A stretch of 64,000 bases of DNA from Alphaproteobacteria bacterium (lineage in GTDB: Bacteria; Pseudomonadota; Alphaproteobacteria; JAUHZY01), in contig JAUHZY010000001.1 in the NCBI GenBank assembly GCA_030425825.1, positions 838,834-902,833 on the forward strand, given 5' to 3'. Positions 20,326-31,992 of the stretch are shown here, piece after piece. Below the pieces are notes generated by a model. That model worked only from the letters and a program-made list of their open reading frames with translations, was not told the DNA's origin and searched no databases. Each line of letters starts with the position of its first letter. Positions within the stretch are counted from its first letter, which is position 1. The position numbers and the translations under genes are program-made.

Positions 20326-21192
20326 CTACAAAACTGCTTGTCGCTTCCCTTGAGGGTTAAAAGCTGTGGATTGTTCAAACAACCCCCCTCTTTGCTCTTT
20401 TAGTTGCAGGACTGACCTTTCAAGCTCTCCAAAAAAGTCGCGTGAAGAATGAGGCTTATTTGCCAGCGCAGGGTCTGGAACAAATGTCTGTTCAAATGCT
20501 AAGTTTCCCGTAGCAACATACTTACCTGGTATATCTTTGGAAAAAAACTCAGGAGGAGCAAACTGGTTAAAGGCCTCACTATCGGCACTCAACAGTTTGT
20601 CAACTGGCTGATCTGTTCGCTTGGTTGAGAAGTCTAATAAGAATTTGCAATAAGCAGGGATTGTTTTTTCTCTACCTGCGGAGATACTCTCTAGAATCGC
20701 AACATCTAACGGCAGTTTTGAACACAGAAAAAGTAACTCTAAAAGCGTTGCGCTTTTCTTAATACTTTCGCTTTCTGCACCCATACCATAAATAATCTTA
20801 CCATCAAGACGCTTCGGGCGCACCTTTTTATCAACTTTTGCAAGATCATCTCCGACAAAATATTCGATTTTTCTTGTACCACTCAAGGCCTTAACAAAGC
20901 TATTAGCCAGCTTTTTATAATAAGCGGTTGATTGCTCTACATTCAAATTTAGATGTCTGGATTTATTTATAAGAGTTAACTCAATTGCTTTAATGACCTC
21001 ATAGTCATTAGGATCATTTAACATGATCTTCTCACTCTCAACATCTTTCCTGAACTGCTCAAAAGAAGCAAAAAGATTTTGCGAAAACGTTACAATATTC
21101 ATCAGAGCACTCGTTCTAGAGAACTTTCTGAAGAAACTGTTTATGTTTCCAGCAGGGTTTAAATTAAAAAAACCATATTGTTTGCGTGCCAT
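20326..21192 (-). CDS. Hypothetical orphan protein
   Basis: 288-aa ORF, no recognised motif. Confidence 0.6.
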   Translation of the reverse strand: MARKQYGFFNLNPAGNINSFFRKFSRTSALMNIVTFSQNLFASFEQFRKDVESEKIMLNDPNDYEVIKAIELTLINKSRHLNLNVEQSTAYYKKLANSFVKALSGTRKIEYFVGDDLAKVDKKVRPKRLDGKIIYGMGAESESIKKSATLLELLFLCSKLPLDVAILESISAGREKTIPAYCKFLLDFSTKRTDQPVDKLLSADSEAFNQFAPPEFFSKDIPGKYVATGNLAFEQTFVPDPALANKPHSSRDFFGELERSVLQLKEQRGGLFEQSTAFNPQGKRQAVL

Positions 21193-21315
21193 GATTTCAT
21201 TCCATATTTTTTGCTACAATCTACCCACTCGTTTCCTTATTGTCAACACAATAATAAGTTGTATTTCAATCTGTTGTTTTATGATGAGGCGTTATATGTT
21301 ATCAAGGATGCCGTC

Positions 21316-22671
21316 ATGGCTAAGAAAAACTCTCTATATGTATTTTTACTTGGAAGCTTGCTAACGCTAGGCTTTGCTCCTTTTCATTTTTGGATCACTA
21401 TTTTTTCATATATTGTTTTGCTTTTGATTCTAGAAAACAAAACAGCGCAACAAAGCTTCTTACTTGGCTGGCTATTTGGCTTAGGACACTTCACAACAAG
21501 CTTATACTGGATCGCGAATGCCCTATTGGTACCACCAGCACCTTTCAAATGGGCTGTGCCCTTTGCTATTTTTGGCCTTCCCGTCTTCATTGCACTCTTC
21601 CCCGCTTTTTGTTGTTGGATGTATAAAAAACTAAAACCCAATACCTCCTTTCAACCGCTTGTGTTCTCAACTCTTTGGGTCGTGACAGAGCTTATGCGCA
21701 GCTTCTTTTTCACAGGATTCCCCTGGAACTTAATGGGATATGTATGGCACGGCCCCGCCCTACAAGGCGCTTATATTTTCACAATATGGGGACTTAGCTT
21801 ATTTACAATGCTTTTTGCAACAAGTGGATGGCTTGTGATAAAAAAAGAATATCGGACAGCGGTCATTTATATTTTACCAATCATTTTTCTTGCAACATAC
21901 GGTCAATTACGCCTTGCAAAAACACCTATTGAATACACAGAAAAAACTGTCCGCATTGTTCAACCAAACATTCCTCAGCAAGATAAGTGGAATCGAAAGC
22001 TTGGCCCAGCACATGTAAATAAAATGCTGCGCCTTTCATATCATACACCAGCGCCTCTCAATGCGATTATTTGGCCTGAAGCCGCCTTGCGCTATACCCT
22101 CTCAACCAACCCATTATTACGACAACATATTACAAAATATTTAGATAAAAACACTTTTTTGATTACAGGGGCCATAGAGAAAAAAGGCGGACAATTCACA
22201 AACTCTGTGATTGCACTAAACAATAAAGGTAACATCATCGCACAATACGACAAATATCATCTCGTTCCTTTTGGTGAATATATTCCCTTTCAAGACTATC
22301 TGCCTCTCAAACCTCTCGCGGAGAAGCTCGGCAAAGTATCTGCAGGAAAATCACCCACAACAATGCGCTTGAACGATTTTCCTGTTTTTCAACCATTAAT
22401 TTGCTATGAAGTTATCTTCCCTGAAATCACCTTATCGCAAAAGTCTCAACTTCTGATCAATGTCACAAATGACGCTTGGTATGGAGACTCCACAGGCCCA
22501 CATCAACACTTGCAGATCGCACGCGTACGTGCGATTGAGTCTGGCACACCACTCATTCGTGTTGCGAATACAGGAATCAGTGCCGCGTTCGACGCATTGG
22601 GGCGCGAGCTGGTTAGAATTCCCTTAAACAAAGAAGGTTTTGTGGATGTAAAAATCCCAAAAGCTAAATAG
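21316..22671 (+). CDS. lnt: Apolipoprotein N-acyltransferase; likely start MAKKN at 21316
   Basis: TGFPWNLMGY, VQPNIPQ, IIWPEAA, YDKYHLVPFGEY, ICYE, TNDAWYG, ANTGIS. Confidence 0.94.
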   Translation: MAKKNSLYVFLLGSLLTLGFAPFHFWITIFSYIVLLLILENKTAQQSFLLGWLFGLGHFTTSLYWIANALLVPPAPFKWAVPFAIFGLPVFIALFPAFCCWMYKKLKPNTSFQPLVFSTLWVVTELMRSFFFTGFPWNLMGYVWHGPALQGAYIFTIWGLSLFTMLFATSGWLVIKKEYRTAVIYILPIIFLATYGQLRLAKTPIEYTEKTVRIVQPNIPQQDKWNRKLGPAHVNKMLRLSYHTPAPLNAIIWPEAALRYTLSTNPLLRQHITKYLDKNTFLITGAIEKKGGQFTNSVIALNNKGNIIAQYDKYHLVPFGEYIPFQDYLPLKPLAEKLGKVSAGKSPTTMRLNDFPVFQPLICYEVIFPEITLSQKSQLLINVTNDAWYGDSTGPHQHLQIARVRAIESGTPLIRVANTGISAAFDALGRELVRIPLNKEGFVDVKIPKAK

Positions 22672-23659
22672 CGCCCATAACAGCCGCTGTATCCAACATG
22701 CGCACAGAAAATCCCCATTCATTATCATACCAAGCCATCACACGCACAAGATTGTCACTAACCACTTGCGTTCCCGATACATCAAAAACAGCACTATGCG
22801 GATCATGATTCAAGTCAATTGAAACAATAGGATCTGTTTCAACACTCAGAACACCTTTAAGGTCGCCCTGCGCAGCCGATGTCATAGCAGCATTAATTTC
22901 ATCGACAGAAGTTTTTTTAGAAGGCACAAAAGTCAAATCAACCAACGACACATTTGGTGCAGGAACACGTATAGCAGTACCGTCCATCTTGCCATCAAGC
23001 TCTGGCAAAACAAGGCCAACAGCCTTAGCCGCACCTGTTGTTGTTGGCACCATCGACATGGCCGCAGCACGTGCGCGACGCATATCATTATGCGTTCCAT
23101 CAACAAGGTTTTGATCCCCTGTATAAGCATGAATTGTTGTGACGAAACCCGACTCAATACCAACAGCCTGATTTAAAACATGCGCAACGGGCGCTAAACA
23201 GTTCGTCGTGCAAGATGCATTTGAAATAATTTTATGCTCTGCCGTAATTTTATTATGATTCACACCATAAACAACTGTCAGGTCAGAATTCTTCCCAGGG
23301 GCAGAAATCAGAACTTTTTTTGCACCTGCAGCTAAATATTTTGATGCACCCTCTTTGTCTTTGAATTTTCCTGTACACTCTAGTGCCACGTCAATATCAC
23401 CCCATGGCAGCTCTTCAGGGTTACGCGTCAATGTGACAGGAATTCTTTTTCCATCAATGATCAAGGCATCATCTGTGTGATCAACAGAAAACCCAAAACG
23501 TCCGTGCACAGAATCATATTTTAACAAATGCGCCATCAGCTCTGTTGAACGAGAGCCATTTATTGCAACAAGTTGAATGTCATCACGCGGATGCTCGAAA
23601 AACGCACGCACCGTAAGACGACCAATGCGACCAAAACCGTTTAAAGCAACTTTTATCAT
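22664..23659 (-). CDS. gap: Type I glyceraldehyde-3-phosphate dehydrogenase
   Basis: NGFGRIGR, SNASCTTNCLAP, WYDNEWGF. Confidence 0.97.
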   Translation of the reverse strand: MIKVALNGFGRIGRLTVRAFFEHPRDDIQLVAINGSRSTELMAHLLKYDSVHGRFGFSVDHTDDALIIDGKRIPVTLTRNPEELPWGDIDVALECTGKFKDKEGASKYLAAGAKKVLISAPGKNSDLTVVYGVNHNKITAEHKIISNASCTTNCLAPVAHVLNQAVGIESGFVTTIHAYTGDQNLVDGTHNDMRRARAAAMSMVPTTTGAAKAVGLVLPELDGKMDGTAIRVPAPNVSLVDLTFVPSKKTSVDEINAAMTSAAQGDLKGVLSVETDPIVSIDLNHDPHSAVFDVSGTQVVSDNLVRVMAWYDNEWGFSVRMLDTAAVMGAI

Positions 23660-25647
23660 TTACCTAATCCTTCTAGTGCCTTTTCAACAATATTTTCTGC
23701 TGTAAACCCAAAATGCTTGTACAAATCTTCTGCCGGGCCTGATTCACCAAATGTTGTCATACCAATAACAATACCGTTTTCACCAATATAGTCACGCCAC
23801 CCCATAGGGAATGCAGCCTCGATAACAATTTTATAAGAATTATAACCAAGAACTGTTTCTTTATATTCACGCGGCTGTTCATTAAACAACTTCCAGCATG
23901 GAACTGACACGACAGCTGCGCCAATACCTTTTTCACGCAGCATTTCTTGCGCTTTCATTGCAAGAGAAACCTCTGATCCTGTTGCAATCAATGTCACCTC
24001 TCGCTTTCCTTCTGTGCCAGAAAGAATATAGGCTCCAAGCGTTGAAAGGTTTTCTTCAATATGTTGATCACGCGCAATCGGTAAGTTTTGTCGAGAAAGA
24101 ACAAGGACCGACGGCATCTTTTTTGATAGCAAAGCCAACTCCCAACATTCTGCCGTTTCAACAGCATCTGCAGGACGAAGCACCAATAAATTAGGAATCG
24201 CACGCAATGCTGCAATATGTTCAACAGGTTGATGTGTTGGACCGTCTTCACCTAGGCCAATGGAGTCATGTGTCATAACATAAATAACACGCTTTCCCAT
24301 CAAGGCTGACAAGCGAATGCCTGGTTTACAGTAGTCTGTAAACACCAAGAAAGTGCCACCATAAGGCACAATTCCACCATGTAAAGCGAGGCCATTCATA
24401 ATGGCTGACATTGCATGTTCACGCACACCATAATGCATATAGTTACCATCGTAGTCATCTTTAGAAATAGACTTAGAGACAGACGTAATCGTGTTATTTG
24501 ACCCAGATAAATCAGCAGATCCACCAACAATCTCTGGCACAAGAGGCTTCAAGACTTCTAATGCTTCGCCTGATGCTTTGCGGGTTGAAACAGCTTTCCC
24601 TGCCTTTGTAAATGATTTCTTCAAATCGATTAATGCTTCTTGCCATCCATCGGGAAGCTCACTTGAAAGTTGACGCAAAAATTCTATTTTTTGAGCCGGA
24701 TCAAGCGCATCAAGCTTTTTATTCCATTTTCCAAGATCTTTACTGTTTTTTACACCGGCTTGACGCCAATGTGACAAAATATCGTCAGGAACCTCAAAAG
24801 GCCCATGCGACCATCCAAGGTTTTTACGCGCACCTGCAATTTCATCGGCACCCAACGGCGCGCCATGTGAGCTTGCTTTACCTGCTTTGGTTGGCGCACC
24901 AAACCCTATCGTTGTTTTGCATGCGATCATTGAAGGCTTGGCCGTTTTTTGTACTTTTTTAATTGCTTTTTCAATCGCTTCTGGATCATGCCCATCAATG
25001 GCTTGAACATCCCATCCTGCAGCCTTGAAACGAGCGACTTGATCTTCAGAAGTTGCGAGCGATGTCGCGCCATCAATCGTGATTTCATTATCGTCCCAAA
25101 GAACAACCAACTTACTTAAGCCAAGATGTGACGCCAAAACAATTGCTTCTTGAGAAATTCCTTCACTAAGACAACCATCACCAGCAATGACGTATGTGTA
25201 ATGATTCACCAGGTCATCATTCCAACGCGCATTCATCACGCGCTCACCCAAGGCGAACCCAACGGCATTTGCTAAACCTTGACCTAAAGGCCCTGTTGTT
25301 GTTTCAATTCCCTTCGCATAACCATACTCAGGATGTCCTGCTGTTTTTGAATGAAGCTGACGGAATTTTTTTAAATCATCTAATGTCATATCTTCGTATC
25401 CACTTAGGTATAAAAGTGAATACATCAGCATTGATCCATGACCTGCTGAAAGAACAAAGCGATCACGATCAGGCCAGTCAGGGTCTGAAACATCAAACTT
25501 CAAAAACTTTGTGAATAAAACAGTTGCAACATCCGCCATACCCATCGGCATTCCCGGATGCCCAGACTGCGCTGCCTCTACAGCATCCATCGAAAGCGCA
25601 CGAATTGCATTTGCAAGATCATTATGTGAAACAGAATTTTTGGCCAT
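23656..25647 (-). CDS. tkt: Transketolase
   Basis: SGHPGMPMG, RDRFVLSAGH, GDGCLSEG, GVREHAM, THDSIGLGEDGPTHQP. Confidence 0.97.
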   Translation of the reverse strand: MAKNSVSHNDLANAIRALSMDAVEAAQSGHPGMPMGMADVATVLFTKFLKFDVSDPDWPDRDRFVLSAGHGSMLMYSLLYLSGYEDMTLDDLKKFRQLHSKTAGHPEYGYAKGIETTTGPLGQGLANAVGFALGERVMNARWNDDLVNHYTYVIAGDGCLSEGISQEAIVLASHLGLSKLVVLWDDNEITIDGATSLATSEDQVARFKAAGWDVQAIDGHDPEAIEKAIKKVQKTAKPSMIACKTTIGFGAPTKAGKASSHGAPLGADEIAGARKNLGWSHGPFEVPDDILSHWRQAGVKNSKDLGKWNKKLDALDPAQKIEFLRQLSSELPDGWQEALIDLKKSFTKAGKAVSTRKASGEALEVLKPLVPEIVGGSADLSGSNNTITSVSKSISKDDYDGNYMHYGVREHAMSAIMNGLALHGGIVPYGGTFLVFTDYCKPGIRLSALMGKRVIYVMTHDSIGLGEDGPTHQPVEHIAALRAIPNLLVLRPADAVETAECWELALLSKKMPSVLVLSRQNLPIARDQHIEENLSTLGAYILSGTEGKREVTLIATGSEVSLAMKAQEMLREKGIGAAVVSVPCWKLFNEQPREYKETVLGYNSYKIVIEAAFPMGWRDYIGENGIVIGMTTFGESGPAEDLYKHFGFTAENIVEKALEGLGK

Positions 25648-25837
25648 TTTTTCTCTTCTTTTTTTCAAGATAAAGTGAAGGGCAAATATGACGTTATCAA
25701 CTCAAAACGTCAAGAAATTCATTGAAGAATTTTCGTCTTAGCCAACACACTGCCAACAGTGTTTTGCGATTAAAGTTCTTGCGCTTCACATTTAATCATT
25801 TAAAATAGGTTTTTTACTTAACTAGTTGATAAAAAAC

Positions 25838-26083
25838 ATGACTGCAAACACATCTCTTGATTCAGCCATACAACGCTTAAACACAGCATTGAATTCGCTT
25901 GAGAAATTAGCTGATGAAAAAATAATTCATGCTGAGACAAACTTGAAAAAAGTCAAAACTGAACTAGCAAGTACAATGAACACCAATGATGTCTTAAGAA
26001 AAAAAACATCCTCAACAATTGGCGCGCTTGACTCTATCATCAATGAAGTAGAGTCTATTCTACGCGACTCGGAGGCAAGCTAA
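25838..26083 (+). CDS. Short coiled-coil protein preceding zapA (DUF4164/ZapB-like position)
   Basis: Heptad pattern LDSAIQRLNTALNSLE; TAATG coupling to zapA; typical alphaproteobacterial synteny with tkt. Confidence 0.65.
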   Translation: MTANTSLDSAIQRLNTALNSLEKLADEKIIHAETNLKKVKTELASTMNTNDVLRKKTSSTIGALDSIINEVESILRDSEAS

Positions 26084-26412
26084 TGGCAATTGTCAGCCTG
26101 GCTCTGAATGGTAGGTCTTATCAAGTTTCGTGTGACCCTGGACAAGAAGAACGCCTACAACTTTTGGCGAAATACGTCGATGAACGTATTCGCAACAAAA
26201 TACCCGCAGGCACAGACGAACACCGCTCACTTCTCTTGATTTCTCTCATTCTTGCTGATGAACTTGTTGAAGCAAAAACGCGCATGCTTGACATTGAAGA
26301 AGATGCCATACCAGCATCAGAACAACAAAGCCGTGAGGCAAAATTAACGGAAGAAATTAATTCTTTGGCAAGTCGCATTGAAAGACTTGTACAATCCATT
26401 AATCCATCATAA
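26083..26412 (+). CDS. zapA: Cell division protein ZapA
   Basis: LNGRSYQVSCDPGQEERL, LLLISLILADEL. Confidence 0.88.
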   Translation: MAIVSLALNGRSYQVSCDPGQEERLQLLAKYVDERIRNKIPAGTDEHRSLLLISLILADELVEAKTRMLDIEEDAIPASEQQSREAKLTEEINSLASRIERLVQSINPS

Positions 26413-26422
26413 GCTATTCAGA

Positions 26423-26582
26423 GGGTGTATGCTGTGTAATTTGTCTGGCGCTTAAATTTCCCAGGTCGATACGCATATCATGGGGGCCATCTCTGTCAGA
26501 ATTGCGGTTCTGTTATACGGCACCCACTTAAATTTACCGGACCGAGGTAAATAACAGCACCGACGGTTAACGTGGCGCACCT
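26423..26582 (+). ncRNA. ssrS: 6S RNA (boundaries approximate)
   Basis: Directly downstream of zapA; closing stem GGTGTATGCTGTGT/ACGTGGCGCACC; alpha-type elements TTCCCAGG...GGGGGCC...GGCACCCAC. Confidence 0.78.
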
Positions 26583-26661
26583 ACAACTTAAGAGGGTAAG
26601 TTGCTGGCTTGACGTATCAATCAAGACAGTCTAAATAAGATAAAAAAGAAGGACAAAAACA

Positions 26662-26928
26662 ATGACTCAAGATAAAAATCAAAATGTTCAAGATGTTTTC
26701 CTAAACACAATTCGCAAGCAAAAAGTTCCTGTAACAGTATTCCTTATTAATGGCGTTAAACTGCAAGGTATTATCACATGGTTTGATAACTTTTCTGTAC
26801 TTTTACGTCGTGACGCTCACTCACAACTGGTTTACAAACATGCCATTTCAACTGTCATGCCGATGCATCCAATTCAATTGTATGATGATGAACCTGTTAT
26901 TGAAGAGCAAGAGAGCGAAGAGCAGTAG
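26662..26928 (+). CDS. hfq: RNA chaperone Hfq
   Basis: [30 protein letters not shown]; promoter TTGACG-17-TAAATA upstream. Confidence 0.98.
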   Translation: MTQDKNQNVQDVFLNTIRKQKVPVTVFLINGVKLQGIITWFDNFSVLLRRDAHSQLVYKHAISTVMPMHPIQLYDDEPVIEEQESEEQ

Positions 26929-26940
26929 CCCCTTCCACAC

Positions 26941-28212
26941 ATGACAGACCCTCAACCCTCTGGAAAAGCTTTTATTATTCATCCTATTTTTCCGGATGAT
27001 GCCAGCGTTCCTACGCCCGACGAAAAACTAGAAGAAGCCGTCGGGCTTAGCGCAGCGATACACCTTTCTGTTGTTGGGCAACGCATATCAAATTTAAGAA
27101 AAGTAACGCCTTCAACTATTTTCGGCAAAGGCAGCGTAAACGATATTTCTGAGGAAATAGAAGATAGCGGCGCTGACCTTGTTATTATCAACAGAGATAT
27201 TTCACCTGCACAACAACGCAACCTTGAAAAAGCTTGGCAGGTTAAAGTGATTGATCGCACAGGTCTTATTCTAGAAATTTTTGGCGAGCGTGCGGCTACA
27301 CATGAAGGTCGTCTCCAAGTTGAGCTGGCACGTTTAGACTATGAACGCTCTAGGCTGATCAGGACGTGGACACACTTAGAGCGACAGCGTGGTGGTACAG
27401 GGTTTTTAGCTGGGCCAGGAGAAAGTCAATTAGAGATTGACCGACGCCTTCTTAACGGACGCATCTCAAGAATTAAAAAGGACCTAGAAAAAGTAAAGAA
27501 AACCCGCAACCTCCACCGACAAAACAGACAAGCTGTTCCCTTCCCTGTTATCGCGCTTGTTGGTTATACAAATGCTGGAAAATCAACACTCTTCAACCAG
27601 CTGACAGGGGCAAAAGTTTTCGCAAAAGATTTATTATTCGCAACACTGGACCCAACAATGCGCGCGATTAGACTTCCCAACAGTGGTAAAGTTATTCTTT
27701 CTGATACAGTTGGTTTTATTTCCGATCTCCCAACACAGCTTATTGCCGCATTTCGGGCAACCCTTGAAGAAGTAGAGCAGGCAGAGTTAATCTTACACAT
27801 ACAAGATGCCTCTTCTGAAACAGCAGAAGAACAAGCAAAGGCAGTTGAAGAGATCTTAAAAAACATGGATGTTCCAGCCCCTATTTTTAATGTCTATAAT
27901 AAAATTGACCTTCTCTCGGCAGAAGAACAAGAGGCCCTGCAAAACAAATGTACAGGCAAAGAGAAAATGATCAGCATTTCTGCGCAAACAGGCAAAAATG
28001 TAAATGCCCTTTTAAAGAACATTGAGCAAGCTCTTTCAAAAAACAAAACACTTGTTAAATATGATGTCGCATCATCAAATGGGAAAGAAATTGCTTGGGC
28101 CCATGCACATGGGCACATCGTCGATATCACAGAAGATGAAGGCACTACACACTTGCAAGTCTTATATGATGCAAAAAATCATCAGCTCTTAAAAAAACGC
28201 ATCAAGATATAA
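26941..28212 (+). CDS. hflX: GTPase HflX
   Basis: DRTGLILEIF, GPGESQLE, GYTNAGKST, LFATLDPT, DTVGFI, NKID. Confidence 0.97.
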   Translation: MTDPQPSGKAFIIHPIFPDDASVPTPDEKLEEAVGLSAAIHLSVVGQRISNLRKVTPSTIFGKGSVNDISEEIEDSGADLVIINRDISPAQQRNLEKAWQVKVIDRTGLILEIFGERAATHEGRLQVELARLDYERSRLIRTWTHLERQRGGTGFLAGPGESQLEIDRRLLNGRISRIKKDLEKVKKTRNLHRQNRQAVPFPVIALVGYTNAGKSTLFNQLTGAKVFAKDLLFATLDPTMRAIRLPNSGKVILSDTVGFISDLPTQLIAAFRATLEEVEQAELILHIQDASSETAEEQAKAVEEILKNMDVPAPIFNVYNKIDLLSAEEQEALQNKCTGKEKMISISAQTGKNVNALLKNIEQALSKNKTLVKYDVASSNGKEIAWAHAHGHIVDITEDEGTTHLQVLYDAKNHQLLKKRIKI

Positions 28213-28351
28213 TCCTTTTTCTACCTCCCCAAAGAACCTCGCTGTTAGAATGTTATCAGGTTAGCGACATCGCTATTTCTTTACGGCATTTCAAAATAGA
28301 AGTTCCTTCATTGCAGCAAAATCGCTCATAAATTATTATGGGTTAATAAAG

Positions 28352-28828
28352 ATGACACAAGATATCGGACAAGCACCTGACTTTGAAGAAACACCTTCTG
28401 AGATTTTTATTAAGAACTTTTTGCACATTGAAAAGAAAATGGAATGCGCACTTGAAGCGATGGATGACTTTGTTGACGCCATGCAAAGAAAAGAGCATCA
28501 GCTAAATGACCTTGCTCTTTTAATTAAAGAGTTTGAAGGGTGTGGCAATTCTTACAGAAAAATGAACCGAATCATGAACAGCGATGCTTATATTCGTCGC
28601 GACTTTCAGCGCTTCATTCATGGACAGTCTTTTTATCGCAGCGGCCTGAAAGAGGCTGGGTTTGAAGGCCTAATAAAAGATCCAGGAAAGCTCCTTCTTC
28701 TAAACCATGATACAGCCAAAAATATTACGAAACAGCTTTACTCTATCCAAGATTCTCTGAAAAAACTTCAACACAAAAACAGCTTTACGCCACAGTTTCT
28801 GCACCTTGAAAAAGACAAGAAAGATTAA
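28352..28828 (+). CDS. Hypothetical orphan protein
   Basis: 158-aa helical ORF between hflX and lepA. Confidence 0.55.
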   Translation: MTQDIGQAPDFEETPSEIFIKNFLHIEKKMECALEAMDDFVDAMQRKEHQLNDLALLIKEFEGCGNSYRKMNRIMNSDAYIRRDFQRFIHGQSFYRSGLKEAGFEGLIKDPGKLLLLNHDTAKNITKQLYSIQDSLKKLQHKNSFTPQFLHLEKDKKD

Positions 28829-30627
28829 TCGTCGCTGATTTTTAAGGCACTAATAAGCGCTGACTGAGGAATTTCAACATTCCCGAACTGCCTCATACGC
28901 TTCTTACCTTTTTTCTGCTTATCAAGCAATTTGCGCTTACGACTGACATCACCACCATAACATTTCGCCGTAACATCCTTGCGCAGTGCGCTAACTGTTT
29001 CACGAGCGACAACTTTCCCACCAATGGCAGCTTGAATAGCAATCTTGAACATTTGCTTGGGTATCAAGTCCTTCAACTTACCACAAATAGCACGCCCTCT
29101 AGTCTCTGCAGAATCTCTAAACACCACCATTGCAAGTGCATCAACAGGCTCAGAGTTTACCAAAATATCAAGCTTCACAAGATGCCCTGGACGATAGCTA
29201 TCAATGCTGTATTCAAAGCTTGCATAACCACGCGTGACAGATTTAAGGCGATCATAAAAGTCAAAAACGACCTCGTTCAATGGCAAACGATAAACTGCCA
29301 TCGCACGATTCCCGACATATGTTAAATCCATTTGCTCTCCGCGACGCTCTGTACAAAGCGTCAACACAGCACCTAGATACTCATCTGGAACCATAATTGT
29401 TGCTTTAATCCAAGGCTCTTCTATACGTTCAATTTTAACAACGTCTGGTAAATCATTCGGGTTATGCAACTCGATCTTTTCACCACTGTTCATATAGACA
29501 TGATAAACCACAGAAGGCGCCGTCGTGATCAACTCAATATTGAATTCTCGCTCAAGACGCTCTTGAATAATTTCCAGGTGCAAAAGCCCCAAGAAACCAC
29601 AACGAAAACCAAGCCCCAAAGCCGTCGAACTCTGTGGTTCCGCCTCAAAACTAGCATCATTCAACGCTAGCTTATCGATTGAATCACGCAACATGTCATA
29701 CTCACCCGCATCAATTGGGAATAAACCACAAAAAACGACAGGCACACTGGGCTTAAATCCTGACAACACTTCTGCTGCAGGATTTTTCTCATGCGTAATC
29801 GTATCACCAACTTTACAGTCCGCAATTTTTTTCAAGCCACATGTAATAAAGCCCATCTCACCAGGGCCCAACGCCTCAACCTTAAGAGGTTTTGGCGAAA
29901 AAACACCCACTTGATCGACTTGATAGTTACTTCCTGTTGCCATAAATTTTATTTTTTCATTCGGCTTAATTTTACCATCAATCACACGAATCAAAATCAC
30001 AACGCCCAAGTAAACGTCATACCAGCTATCAACTAGTAAAGCTTTTAGGGGACCTTCAACATCACCATGAGGCGCAGGAAGCTTCGTAACAATTGCTTCT
30101 AAAACATCTTCTATACCCAATCCCGTTTTTGCCGATATTTCGACAGCTTCGCTCGTATCAAGACCAACAACATCTTCTATTTGCTGCTTAATACGTGCCG
30201 GTTCAGCGGCAGGAAGATCAATTTTATTAAGAACTGGAATAATTTCATGGTCATTTTCAATTGCTTGGTAAACATTTGCAAGCGTTTGTGCCTCAACACC
30301 TTGACTTGCGTCAACAACAAGCAAGGACCCCTCACAAGCTGCAAGCGAGCGAGAAACCTCATAGGCAAAGTCAACATGCCCTGGTGTATCCATCAAATTG
30401 AGATAATACGTCTCTCCATCACTGGCCTTATAAGTCAGGCGAACAGTTTGCGCCTTAATCGTAATACCGCGCTCACGCTCTAGATCCATCGAGTCTAGAA
30501 CCTGCGCCGTCATTTCGCGATCGCTTAAGCCACCACACATTTGGATCAAACGGTCTGCCAAGGTCGACTTGCCATGATCAATATGTGCAATAATAGAAAA
30601 GTTGCGTATTTTACTTAGATCAGTCAT
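28825..30627 (-). CDS. lepA: Elongation factor 4
   Basis: [49 protein letters not shown]. Confidence 0.98.
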   Translation of the reverse strand: MTDLSKIRNFSIIAHIDHGKSTLADRLIQMCGGLSDREMTAQVLDSMDLERERGITIKAQTVRLTYKASDGETYYLNLMDTPGHVDFAYEVSRSLAACEGSLLVVDASQGVEAQTLANVYQAIENDHEIIPVLNKIDLPAAEPARIKQQIEDVVGLDTSEAVEISAKTGLGIEDVLEAIVTKLPAPHGDVEGPLKALLVDSWYDVYLGVVILIRVIDGKIKPNEKIKFMATGSNYQVDQVGVFSPKPLKVEALGPGEMGFITCGLKKIADCKVGDTITHEKNPAAEVLSGFKPSVPVVFCGLFPIDAGEYDMLRDSIDKLALNDASFEAEPQSSTALGLGFRCGFLGLLHLEIIQERLEREFNIELITTAPSVVYHVYMNSGEKIELHNPNDLPDVVKIERIEEPWIKATIMVPDEYLGAVLTLCTERRGEQMDLTYVGNRAMAVYRLPLNEVVFDFYDRLKSVTRGYASFEYSIDSYRPGHLVKLDILVNSEPVDALAMVVFRDSAETRGRAICGKLKDLIPKQMFKIAIQAAIGGKVVARETVSALRKDVTAKCYGGDVSRKRKLLDKQKKGKKRMRQFGNVEIPQSALISALKISDD

Positions 30628-30671
30628 AAAGGGAAATGTATGATGAATATGCCTATGACGCAAGGGAAACG

Positions 30672-31313
30672 ATGAGTATTCAAGTCAAAATATGTGGTCT
30701 TAAAGATGAAAAAACACTTCGTGCAGCAATTGATGCTGGTGCAGATTATGTTGGATTTGTTTTTTATCCTAAATCTCCAAGAAGTATTATGTATCAAACA
30801 GCTGCAAAACTTGGCACAATGGTCCCAACTTCCATTAAGAAAGTCGCGCTGATAGTTGATGCAACTGATCAAGAAATATCACAAATTATGAGCTCTTTGT
30901 TACCAGACTTCCTACAATTGCACGGCGCTGAGTCTGAAGATAGAATAGTAGAAATAAAAAAAACTTACCCAAACATAAAAATTATCAAAGCGGTTAATGT
31001 CGCTGAACAATCTGATCTTGAAGCTGCGCAAAAGTTTTTCAATTGTGCTGATATGATGCTTTTTGATGCAAAGCATAGTGGCCAAGACCTGCCGGGCGGA
31101 AATGGTGTCCCTTTCGACTGGGAAGTCTTAAAAGATTTTGATTGCCCTCTTCCATGGATGCTTGCTGGTGGACTTAGGGTCGAAAACATTGCTCAAGCCA
31201 TCAAAATGACACGCTGTAAAATTATTGATGTTTCATCAGGCGTTGAAAGCGCACCTGGAGAAAAAGATATCAAAAAGATTAAGGCGTTTGTGGAAGCTGT
31301 ATCCCTTCTCTAA
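30672..31313 (+). CDS. trpF: Phosphoribosylanthranilate isomerase
   Basis: [45 protein letters not shown]. Confidence 0.95.
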   Translation: MSIQVKICGLKDEKTLRAAIDAGADYVGFVFYPKSPRSIMYQTAAKLGTMVPTSIKKVALIVDATDQEISQIMSSLLPDFLQLHGAESEDRIVEIKKTYPNIKIIKAVNVAEQSDLEAAQKFFNCADMMLFDAKHSGQDLPGGNGVPFDWEVLKDFDCPLPWMLAGGLRVENIAQAIKMTRCKIIDVSSGVESAPGEKDIKKIKAFVEAVSLL

Positions 31314-31992
31314 GGATATTACTGATATCGTCCTCTTCATTCTTTTGCTTTGCTTCTTCAACTGATCGCTGTTGCTCTTCCAAAAACTTAGATTTTGGAT
31401 AAAGGCGCTCAACTTGCTGACCGACTTGCCATTTTGCTGCGCGATTTTCTGCACGCAACCAATCTCGTCGTGACATTTTGTTTCGTGACGCTTCCATATT
31501 GTGCTTAGTCTGCGAAACATTTAAATACCCTTGGTTTTGCTTTAACGCCAACTTAAACCAAACATAGGCGCGACCATAGTCTACATCCTGATCACCACGA
31601 CCGTCGGCATACATCATACCAACCGCAGCCATTGCAGGCGCAAATCCTGTCAAGGCAGCACGCTCAAACCATTCAAATGCCTGAACATCATCTTTTTCAA
31701 CACCCCAACCTTCTTCATACATCAGTCCTAGATTGTACTGAGCCCAAGGTTCTTGATCCAATGCAAATGAAAGAAAGCCTGTATGTGCAGCTTTATAGTC
31801 TTTCGCGCGATATACCTCAAAAAGATGATCTATCTTTTCTTCTCGTGTCATAGCCTCCTTAGGCGTAGACGTTTTTTCAGAACCTTCCTCAGAAACCACC
31901 TCTGTAGGCGGATCAAGGTCAACCTTTGGAATACCTTCAGCGTGTAGTGAGCAGCTAAAAAAAACAGTAAATAAAACAACAAAATACTTCAT
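31279..31992 (-). CDS. Sel1-repeat exported protein
   Basis: Signal peptide; AQYNLGLMYEEGWGVEKDDVQAFEWFERAA and a second SLR repeat. Confidence 0.85.
   Translation of the reverse strand: MKYFVVLFTVFFSCSLHAEGIPKVDLDPPTEVVSEEGSEKTSTPKEAMTREEKIDHLFEVYRAKDYKAAHTGFLSFALDQEPWAQYNLGLMYEEGWGVEKDDVQAFEWFERAALTGFAPAMAAVGMMYADGRGDQDVDYGRAYVWFKLALKQNQGYLNVSQTKHNMEASRNKMSRRDWLRAENRAAKWQVGQQVERLYPKSKFLEEQQRSVEEAKQKNEEDDISNILREGIQLPQTP

Noticed and set aside
20172..20378. 68-aa ORF
   Set aside because: Overlaps the upstream gene end and runs through a promoter and leader; no RBS
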